The notes under the pieces: model-generated
Databases searched by the model: none
What the model was told of the DNA's origin: nothing
The model's input: only the letters and a program-made list of their open reading frames with translations
Shown: piece by piece, positions 11,174 to 20,000 of the stretch
Layout: the number at the start of each line of letters is the position of its first letter
Numbering within the stretch: the stretch's first letter is position 1
Made by a program: the position numbers and the translations under genes
Assembly (NCBI GenBank): GCA_021432655.1
Contig: MU271407.1
Span: 51,625 to 71,624, forward strand
DNA: 20,000 bases
Source: Atractiella rhizophila
Lineage: Eukaryota
Direction of reading: 5' to 3'

Positions 11174-11725
11174 CTACGACAAACGTGGGTAAGACTGCCA
11201 GGAAGAAGTCGGAGAAGACGAACCTGGGCCTGCTGTGGTTGACGACAAATCGAGGGGAGGCAGACGAAAGGTCCTCGTCACATTCGCCATTGACAGAGGT
11301 TGGAAACCTGTAAAAGGTCGAGATGGAAGAAGCGGTCGAACTGGTACGAAGGGCATGTCCCCTTCGCTCATACTACTTCTTCCCTCCTCCTCGTCGCTGC
11401 TGCTAGCAAGCGAAAGTCGTCTTCTCAGCTTCCCTTCCAAATGCTTGATCTTCTCCTTCGACTCCAGTAGCTTAGACTTCCACCTCCTCTCCTTCCTCTC
11501 AAACTTGCGCTGCTGTCGGAGTCGTTCCAGATATGCCCTCGCACACTCCTTCCGTAATGCACGCTCCCTTCGAAATGTTCGGGCTTCCCTTTCGTCCAAA
11601 GTAATCGCTCGCAGTTTGGAAGTCGCCTCGCGTAAACCTGACGCATCTGAGTATGAAGCAGACAATCGAAAAGTGGGAGAATGGAGGGAGATGGAGTGTT
11701 GAAACTTCTTGTTGGTGCGCGTCAT
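11174..11725 (-). CDS. Hypothetical basic coiled-coil protein (183 aa ORF)
   Basis: ATG-initiated ORF with a charged helical segment (ERLRQQRKFERKERRWKSKLLESKEKIKHLEGKL) and a Ser/Pro-rich tail. Composition is more protein-like than the antisense ORF. It may have additional exons. Confidence 0.55.
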   Translation of the reverse strand: MTRTNKKFQHSISLHSPTFRLSASYSDASGLREATSKLRAITLDEREARTFRRERALRKECARAYLERLRQQRKFERKERRWKSKLLESKEKIKHLEGKLRRRLSLASSSDEEEGRSSMSEGDMPFVPVRPLLPSRPFTGFQPLSMANVTRTFRLPPLDLSSTTAGPGSSSPTSSWQSYPRLS

Positions 11726-12151
11726 AGTTCTAAAAGTTGTACGAAATGATATGAGAGACTGAAAACGAAGGCAAATGGCCTGTCTGTACTGATGGAGTGA
11801 AGAAGGCCATGCAGGGGCCTAAGCTCAAAGCTCCGGGCTGATTTTCGCCCACTGATCATCGATCATCATGTCAGCGAACAAAGGGCTGCATCATTCATGA
11901 TGGTTCGCCCTGTTTGGGCAAAAGTAAGCCATGGGTCGAGTCTCCATGAACATGCAGACCGCTTCTGAACTGTTTGTACTGGTTTACAGTCGCGGCACGA
12001 ACCGAACTGACAAAGGACATAGAGCGATATAAAAGCTTGTCTGATGGCGATCATGACTCAAAAGCACATGACGTGCTGAACTGAACACGATTTGAACCAG
12101 AAACGATGTTGTCCCTTGAACGGCAACGCGGGACTCAGCTATAAATTGAAG

Positions 12152-12594
12152 TGTTCCGCCTCATGCTCACCAGCGCACCAGCGGTCTCTCCACCTCCACC
12201 CACGAACGCCTCAAACCGAAATGCGATCTTCCCTTTTCTCGCTCTAAGCCGTCCCCACGCTCTTCCACGCCTCATCTTTATGATGCACCGATCTTACCTC
12301 CTAAACGACATTCCGGAGCGAGGTTCGAGCCGAATGTAGATTTAGGTAAGGAAGAGGATGTGGAAAGAGGAGGGAAGGAGAGCGAGGGCTGATATGCCAG
12401 CAATGGAGGACCTTAGAAGCCGAGGATCAGCTGTTTCGGACTCAAATCTACATGAGGACGTTGAGGAGTTAGTCGATCATGGCGTCAGCAGAGCCACTGG
12501 ATTTGGGTGCAATAAGTCGTTGCTGGACCTTAGGGGCGAGGGGTACCGTGCAGGGCACACCACACTTGCCTTCAATGCGCGCGATATGATGTGA
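12152..12594 (+). CDS. Small hypothetical spliced protein, start unresolved
   Basis: A canonical intron at 12346-12400 (GTAAGG...CTGAT...CAG) joins the open frame ...HERLKPKCDLPFSRSKPSPRSSTPHLYDAPILPPKRHSGARFEPNVDL to AMEDLRSRGSAVSD...RDMM*. The upstream exon is not confidently placed. Confidence 0.35.
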
Positions 12595-12762
12595 TGTCTC
12601 GAAGGAAGATATAAATAAACCCTACATAACATTGAATTTAATGTCTGCTGAAAATACGAGTACGGGGGCATGAACACATATTCCAGCTCTGTCTCACGGG
12701 CTGCCGCTTCTTTGTTAGAGCACCCACTGCATCCAATCCCCAAGGGAACTGCACAGTGAAGG

Positions 12763-14671
12763 TCAAGGCTTCGACCTTCTGTTTGCCTCGAAATTCTCCC
12801 AAAAGAAAAGAGAACTCTCATTCCCCGACTCGTCGTCTTGATCAATGAACCAAATATCAACTTGCAGATAACCCAGACGGCAGAACATGCTGAATACTTT
12901 CCCTGACCTTGAGGGATCGTACTGGAGCGGATATTTGGTGTCTCCATAATACCTCTCATTGAACAATTCGACAGATGACACTGCCACCGAGTTGTGGAAA
13001 TTCCCTAAGGCTTTGGAAAACCAAGGGGTGGAAAAGTCGCAGTCTCCAAAGAATAGCTTCAACTGGACGACTAAACGTTGGTTTAACCTGTATGGCAGCA
13101 GTTTCTGGACCGTACCCAAGAATTGGCGGAGTCCGCTGGCTGAAAAATGGCAGTAAAGCAAAACAAGCTCTTGAAGGTTGTCCCAGCGAGCTTCGGCCTC
13201 TAAAAACGATTCAGAAATAAGATTCGAGTCCTCCATCCCCCCATCAAGGTACAGTGTGCTGGAATAATCCTGTTCGGAGAACCATTTACGGAGTTCATCG
13301 TCTAGGGGTCTTCTCAAACGTGACACCGTGTTACCTTTAGCACTATCTGAAAGCTGCTGGAAAGCACAACAAAGACCAAGCGGTTGAAAGATTTGCAACA
13401 TCTTGCCAAAGCCCCTTGCAGAAAACAGATAATAAAATGAGCTGAACCTGATCGTGGACAAACGGTATGATGGTTCATGCGTGTCAAGGATGCCACTGAA
13501 GTGCCCATCACAAAGGCAACACTGAAGGAGAGCCAAATGAGCCAAATGATCTTCGATCAGCGAGAATGGCTGTGCCAGTAAACGACCAGATATGGAAGGG
13601 GTCAGCCACGATATGGCGACAGACTCCGTAGACCTAGAGCTATAACTCGAGAAGCTGAGTATTTCTCCAAGAGAAAGTTCAGCTTGCTGATTTTGAAAGA
13701 AAAGTCCTAAAGATGCTGGTCCGAGCGAGGAAATAGATATCAGCATATCATGCAGATCGAAACCATCCCATGGTAAATTGTAAACCTGCACTTTCGTATT
13801 CCCTGAGTGCTTTGCAACAGCATCCAGTAAATGGAACCAAGATTTGTGCGATGGCGGAAGGGGACGACCTAAAGTCAACGTTGCGTCTTTCCCCCATTTC
13901 ATTAATCCATGTTCCACTGCCATATTCCGGAGATAACTGATGTTCAAAGTATAAGAGGAAAAGTTGTCAGCAAAAAGAGCACAGTAATGTTGTAGGATGG
14001 ATAGGGCTATATTTCTGAAAGCAGAGCAAATCGCCGTCAAGTTGCAAAACCGTGAAATAAACTCCTGATTCAGATCCTGGATGCGAGAGACTGGAGGCAA
14101 TAAAAAGTCGAATATGCGGAACAAATGTTCGATGGGTAGCTTGGCGATCGGAGACATTTGCGGAGCTCGTTTCAAAATTATGTTGCCACTTGCATCCTTC
14201 TGCCATCTTATCAAAGAGTGCTCTGCCGTGATGTTCCTGAGATAGCTAATGTTCACGGCATAAGAAGGAAAGCCATCAACAGCACAGTAATCTTCCAGGA
14301 CGGAGAGCGCTATTTTTCTGAATTTACAGCAAACTCCTCCAAAGATGCGAAGACGTGAAAGAAAATCTTGATTCAGATCCTGGATGCAAGCGACTGGAGG
14401 TACGGGAAGATCAAATACACGGCACAACAGCTCGATGGGCAGCAGTAAAATTGCAGTTTTCCGAGGTCGTGAGTACTTAGAGGGCCACTTCCTGCGAATC
14501 GGCTGTTCGTTGATCAAATTTAGGAAGTAGCCAAGCGATGCTGACTCTTGACTCAGTTTAGGAGCTCCAGCAGATAATCAACAAAATCTCACCAAGCTTG
14601 TGCTTGAACTTGAGCCTAGATGCCACAGATCCCAAGTGCTTCTTTCGCCGCCTCGGAAAGTGAAAAGTCAT
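12763..14671 (-). CDS. F-box-like/RNI-like LRR protein with a tandemly duplicated N-terminal module, ~618 aa
   Basis: ATG 14671 plus intron 14592-14541 (GTGAGA...CAG) splices in frame onto the 584-aa ORF. Two LPIE-L-R-F...C--FR-IAL motifs are F-box-like. The C-terminal half has LxxLxL-type repeats (HLAHLALLQC, STLYLDG, NLQELVLLYCHFSASGLRQFL). Confidence 0.75.
13882..14451 (-). repeat. Internal tandem duplication in the F-box-like gene (units ~14451-14191 and ~14148-13882, period ~303 nt)
   Basis: LPIELLCRVFDLPVPPVACIQDLNQDFLSR...NISYLRNITAEHSLIRWQKDA vs LPIEHLFRIFDFLLPPVSRIQDLNQEFISR...NISYLRNMAVEHGLMKWGKDA. The DNA string TGATTCAGATCCTGGATGC occurs in both copies. Confidence 0.92.
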
Positions 14672-16248
14672 GGAAAGGTCGGTGCGTGGAATTCGAAGTG
14701 CTGACAAAAATTGGTTGGATGCACCAGATGTCGTCTGTTTCGTAGGAGGTCACCTTGCTTGCTCTAGTGAGCTCAACTCATTAGCAAAAACTTAGGACCT
14801 TGCTTTTGTACGGCACAACGTCCGTACCCTTGTCTGTCCACGTCAGCATTTCCAATGTTCTAAATTTCATTATCCGCATTGCAAGAGCTGAACTCGCAAC
14901 TCGAGAGCTCAACTAAGACAATCCGAATGCCGTACCTCGGGTGCATCTATCCTCATCATAACTCACCACTTCAAGTCGCAGTGCTACATGGAACCTCATG
15001 CGGTACAACCGTGTCTAAAATAGGCCTGCAAGCACTCATTCCTACTACTTGATATCCCATCCAGTCAGAGCGATTCCGAACAGCGGGTGACTTGGTGACA
15101 ATAATTAATAGAAAGCCATTATGATACTAATTCTTTCTCTGTCGACAGCGGTTACGAACTCGTCTATCAAGTCAACTTGACTTGCCACTGTTGTCAGTCA
15201 CAAGAGCGACGCAAGGCTGCAAAATTCGTCCATGTATAGAACGCAGAACACAAATATCAATTCTCTGAAGATGAGAGCATTCAAATCAATTGTTCAGGGA
15301 ATACCTACTGCTGGAAAGCAGTAATGCTCAGTTTTGTCGTGGAGGGATCTACCTAAGTTTTAGACTGTTTCAGGTGGGAATCAACTGAGTTTATCGCAGT
15401 CTAACTTTTGCACCTTTCATCTTTAACCTTAATCAAATTAAATTTCTGCCCTTGCAGTCGCAACCGAATTATGCACCAACTCACTCCTAATTTTGATCCT
15501 CTCTGCCGCAGCATCTCTCACATCTTGCGTCTTCCACTCCTTTTTAGACCTGCTGTTGTTGCTGAGATAATGGTCCATTGGGAGCTAACGCCAGTGTCGA
15601 GATCCCGCAAACATGATTTTTACCACGGTACGAAAGCGTCTTGGGAGGACATGGCATGAGGATTGTGGACGACGAATTGGAATATTGGATCTGGATCCGT
15701 TCCCAGCTGTAGACAGAATAGAATGCCTTTCGTCCTAGTTGTTGCCTTGGTCTACGCTCAGTAGTACTTTAATGGCTTATGGATTAGTGGGATCCAAATT
15801 TCCTGTCCCTGGAGGAAGGACGCGCCGTTACCGCGCACAATCGGAATCGAACTTGCTGGCATAAGAGGAAGTGAAGCAAGAACGGGACTTGTCCTTCTTC
15901 GTACTCGAGTCAGCTTCATAGTATCCGAAATAATGAAGGGATAAGAAAGACGAACCAAGATCCTTCCTCTCCCTGGATGTCCTCATTGCTCAAGTGCAGA
16001 GAACACACGTCCCCGTCTTCTTTACAATTTGTGACTGTGAGGTGGTGGAAGAGGGCCAAAAGTTTCAAGCTTAAGACAATGGAAATAGAGTTAACTGCGG
16101 GACTTGAAGGCTAGACCAACAGTTAGAGAGTCTTTCAGAAATTATTTGACAGACCACGCACACGTGAGTCTTTTCCAATCTAAATTAACCAGTCGCAGAA
16201 AACTAGAGCAATATTTACGACATATTAAGCCGCTCCTCTGTGCTCTTG

Positions 16249-16599
16249 CTACAGTCGTAACCACGACGAGACCACCATCAGTACCTTGATCGCTCGACGC
16301 TTGCAACATCGTCGACGCTCCTTGGCCCTGCAGGATCTTCTGTGCAATATTTCCCCTGGTTTCAGACGTCGCATATCAAGTTGTTCAAACGCGCTGCCGA
16401 CGATCACGTGGGCGAGTAGGGAGGCAGTTGTCCTAACAGTTACCCGCTCCAGATCCGCGACCTTGCTATACGATTCGTATCCTGTAACCTTCCTGCGGCA
16501 GATGAAGGTGTTTCCATCTTCTTTCTCGTAGCTGAAAAAAATGGTACTCCCTAATGTGGATGAAATGTCATGTTTGCGAATATCGAATGGGACAGCCAT
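16249..16599 (-). CDS. Possible hypothetical gene or gene remnant
   Basis: ATG-initiated 116-aa ORF divergent from the 16909 gene. Splice-like signals occur downstream (e.g. GTTCGT...CTGAC...AAG near 15955-15900), but no coherent long model could be built. Confidence 0.25.
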   Translation of the reverse strand: MAVPFDIRKHDISSTLGSTIFFSYEKEDGNTFICRRKVTGYESYSKVADLERVTVRTTASLLAHVIVGSAFEQLDMRRLKPGEILHRRSCRAKERRRCCKRRAIKVLMVVSSWLRL

Positions 16600-16908
16600 G
16601 ACAGGGATCCTGTAAAGCGAAATATAAAGATCAGATGTCTTTTATAACGGCAGGATTAGAGCGGTAGATTATGATCGTTTCCCCTATTTTGCAACTTCGG
16701 ATCCGCAACCCTTCCCGCAGAATTGCTCCCTCCTACCAACAAAGCCAACTACCCCAAGATTCCCCTACCTTCAATTAGCTGTGTGGTGTAACGTTGTTTT
16801 GGCAACTTGTACGTTATTCTCTCCTGATAATGACTTATTCTGACAGTTTGACTTCTAGCTTCTTACACTGAGGCTTCACTTCTTGCACGTCTTGTATAAT
16901 CATTTGAT

Positions 16909-17967
16909 ATGCCGTCCTCCTCCACCACTCTGCCAGGACAAGCTATAGGGGCAGCTTATCCAAATCTACAGCAGATTGAGTCTGTCAAACTCACTATGCT
17001 AGCAAAACAATGGCAACACCTCCTTCCAGCCTATACGAACCGAGTAGAACCTCCTATTCCCTTCCTCCAAGCCCAAGCATTCGAAGCGACTTACAAATGC
17101 TCTGCTTGTTGGGTCTACCTGGGTGTTTTAGAGAAGGGCCGCCATCACAATTGTTCTGGGGCGGAAAGATTTCGCAACGATCTGAAGGCAGTAATAGTGC
17201 GATTAGAAGCTGGAGAAGATCCTTACGACGCAGACTATGTCTCTCCATCTCGTCTTGCTGTCATTAAATGGGAAAATAATCTCATCGATCCATTTCTTTC
17301 CTCTGGTTCTGCTGTGACACCACCCGCATCTCCGGCATCGACTCCACGCAAGAGAAAAAGAGAACAACCATTCTCAACTCCTGGAGAAAGAGATCGCTCT
17401 TTCAACCGTACAATGGCAAGCTTGCAGAGTAAGGTGTGGACTATACTCCTTCATTTTGATGTTTACACTAAGAATGTTTGATTTCAGTTGCCCAAGTATG
17501 AGCATACGTCAAATGGGAATATGCTGGTTGTTGCATTTCCGTAAGTCCTCTCCTCTCTTTAAGCCCAAACCTATACTCACGTAAATTGTTACATTCCCAG
17601 CGCCGATCCTCCTCCTGCTCTTCGTGATGCCAGGGTGCTAACAGACGCTGAACTACGCGAAATCGTACAAAATGCCATTACCATCACAGCTTCCTCTGTG
17701 TTCACTTCGGACGAGGAGTTCCCAATGTTCAAGAACCTTATCAAAGGTTATGTCACTCAGAAAGCGTCTGCATATTGGGCTAAAAATGCAGATGAAGCGG
17801 TAGCAGCCAGTAGTGCGATGCGAGCTAAGCTTACAAATTGGGAGGAAGTGAGTAACTTCCTTTCTTCTAGACCATACCTAGTACTGAGGTTGATACAGGT
17901 TGTTATGAACCAAGATCAATTGCGCACCGGTCCTGACGCGCCAGGCTCTAGTCAGGAATCGCCCTGA
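16909..17967 (+). CDS. Unknown ~297-aa protein with a CxxC-x11-HHxC putative Zn-binding motif and NLS; candidate transposon accessory gene (4 exons)
   Basis: Exons 16909-17433, 17488-17540, 17601-17847 and 17899-17967 with canonical GT-AG introns keep one frame. Motif YKCSACWVYLGVLEKGRHHNC, NLS-like PRKRKRE, helical C-terminus. Confidence 0.75.
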
Positions 17968-18058
17968 TTACTTACGGCAGTACATGTTCTTATATTCTTC
18001 TTCTCTTGATTTGTACATCGTATTCATTGATCAGAATGTAAATTTACATCGTAATACA

Positions 18059-19968
18059 TCATGATCCTAGACCAGTCGCAGGTGGGAAGTGACTGGCTCC
18101 ACGAGAACGAAGTAATAAAATTCGATTGTGAATCAAGAGATGAATGCGAAGATAGCGATTGGCTTGTTCTTGATGCATGAAAGACAGAGATTTTTCGATC
18201 TTTTTGACAGTCAAGTTTCCTACCTCACAGAGAGAGCTGCGTATAGCATAATATGATGGATTAGTGGCCATGTAATGAGCTAGCAATGTCGCAGCGGAGC
18301 AGGAAACGTGGTTGATTCCATGGAGCTCATCGGTTAAAAAAAGACTCTTCCGAAAAAATTGATACTCCCTGGCCATGCAATACCGATGCAGCTGACACGC
18401 ATAATCGTAGACGATGATGTCGGGAGCGATGAGGAAATGGCAGAACAGAACAGAGAAAAAGTCATTTCTTCCCTCATGGTTGGGGATAAGATGAAATCCT
18501 AGGCAGAAACCGTGGAGCAAGCACCATAAGATGAAGACACCGCCAGTCCTATCTCGCTTCTTTTTGGTTTCCTTGTCAAACTCTTTAGATGGACAACCTG
18601 CTCCTAAGTTGTCGCTGGGAGAATCTTGCTGACCATCGTTGATAAAGTTGGCATAGAAAGGGCGTTCACGAATTTTAGGCAAAAAGTACTCGTATCCACT
18701 GTAGACTGGATTAGGCTGGGCTGTCTCAAAAAGTTGAGTGTGGTAAGGTCCATCAGGTCCATCCGGCTCATATAGCGGTCCAACTACTGAAGTTTGTGTG
18801 GTAGAGCAAGGTAAAAGCTGAGGGAGGCGAGGAAATCTTCGGGTCTGGTCATCCTTGCAATTCTCAAGATAATTTTGAAAAGATTGAAGCCTGGAAACAA
18901 AAAAAGCAGCCAAAGACGCAAAGGCTGGAATGCTCTTCTTGATCGTAGCCTCTTCAGCTAGCCTCGCGCGTTCTAGAATATCGCCGTAAGATGGAAACTG
19001 TTGCTTGATCCGGAGTATTAATAGCCAGCTTTTTTTGCTAGACAATGTTGGGTCTTGCAGTTGTTCGTTAGTGAGAGCCTGCAGACAAGGTAATAGATCA
19101 TCGGCGACCACTTGTGTGATCCAATCGGGAGAGGTCAGGATTTCAAGAAGGATGCGAAGTTTGGCTTGGAATGCACGAACTGGGTTCACAAAAATCGTGC
19201 CATCAATTGTAGGGTCCATTGACATGATAATTGCCATTGCTGTCAACCCATGAAGAGCAAGCCACAGGGAGTCCATGTCTGGACCCTTGATTTGTCCGAA
19301 TGACAAACGGTCTGCATCTTCAGGATTGTTCTGATCCTGATCGTAAATGAGATCTTGTTTTGTACTCCGTGTCTTGGTTTGTCTTGCTCCTTCTGACACG
19401 TCCTGCATCTTCTCTACCTTCCTAACCCTAGGAGCTATGGCTTGGACGAGGCGGGAATCAAGGCAAGGTAGTGTGATAACAGGCAGGTTTAAAGTGGATG
19501 CCTTCCTCTGCTTCAAGCTGTCGAGAAGTGCATTAGCTAAAGATTTCCAGTCTTCAGCTTTGATGGGAATTCGAAGTTGAGCAGCTTCTTTTCCTAATAG
19601 TGCTTTCAGGTGATTCGACAGAGAAATCCAAGGTAAACAGATGCGAATGTTAGTTGGTGGTAGCCTGGTGTAATCTGGAAAGTCTGGATTTGGTTTGCTC
19701 GGTGGTTGAAGTTCAGCTGTGAATAGATCTTTGTAGGAACCAGACATTTTGCCATCGCCTCCCACGACCTTATAGCTATCGTTGGGACAGAGTGGACAAT
19801 GAAAGCGTTCGTTAAAATCAAGGAGGTCCAAGTAGCGATAGTAGGCTGCAAGAATGACCGGAAAACTGGGAAGGTCAAAAGGAGACGCATGGTTTTTGTA
19901 GATGCTCTGCATTTTCCAGTACTCGCCATTAATCGTCATAGATTGGCGAGAGGCAAGAAGGAATGAAA
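18059..19968 (-). CDS. KDZ (Kyakuja-Dileera-Zisupton)-type DDE transposase, last exon; 5' part lies beyond the window
   Basis: Uninterrupted frame with FHCPLC..VVGGDGK (first acidic residue D62 of the 626-aa ORF), TGGVFILWCLLHGFCLGFHLIPNHEGRNDFF, IIVYDYAC (D512), DELHGINHVSC and SSLCEVGN (E572), which are the hallmark motifs of KDZ transposases. An intron acceptor (CTCAC...TTCTAG, ending 19969) precedes the exon. Confidence 0.85.
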
Positions 19969-20000
19969 CTAGAAGTTCGTGAGTGAATAAGAATTTGTTA

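Larger units (their letters stand above)
16909..20000. mobile_element. Putative KDZ-superfamily DNA transposon (transposase plus convergent accessory gene); boundaries unresolved
   Basis: Transposase and unknown gene converge with only 91 nt between their stop codons. Only one terminus could lie in this window, so TIRs and TSD cannot be verified. Confidence 0.6.

Noticed and set aside
11235..11702. 155-aa plus-strand ORF
   Set aside because: Non-ATG start and Ser/Leu-rich antisense mirror of the charged coiled-coil ORF.
12477..13511. Secondary ORFs overlapping the F-box-like gene
   Set aside because: Alternative-frame or antisense by-products of the long coding exon.
19005..19929. Short ORFs overlapping the transposase
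   Set aside because: Alternative-frame or antisense shadows without motifs.
1..20000. tRNA, rRNA, CRISPR arrays, TET/JBP dioxygenase, LTR/RT sequences
   Set aside because: Looked for by eye and none recognised; a TET/JBP partner could still lie beyond the right edge.

Overview
Intron-rich fungal genomic DNA, probably basidiomycete (inferred from 50-90 nt GT-AG introns with CTRAY-type branch points and the gene families present). The ORF track is misleading because most genes are spliced, so I rebuilt gene models by hand. The left and middle of the window carry ordinary host genes: a hypothetical minus-strand gene running off the left edge, a secreted CFEM-like Ser/Ala-rich GPI-anchor candidate (2537-3502), a short Zn(II)2Cys6 transcription factor split by micro-exons (5234-6067), an RmlD/MAT2B-like NAD(P)-dependent reductase (6171-7496), an LCL2-like small secreted protein (8519-8956) and several hypothetical proteins. 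The right third looks accessory. It holds a ~618-aa F-box-like/LRR protein with a tandemly duplicated ~101-aa N-terminal module, a degenerate stretch, and an apparently intact Kyakuja-Dileera-Zisupton (KDZ)-type DDE transposase (18059 to beyond 20000, minus strand). The transposase lies tail-to-tail with an unknown spliced gene carrying a CxxC..HHxC motif and an NLS, so the pair is a candidate two-gene transposon. A hairpin followed by CTAG|T at 1885-1929 resembles a Helitron 3' end. All family assignments come from motif recognition by eye, not database searches.
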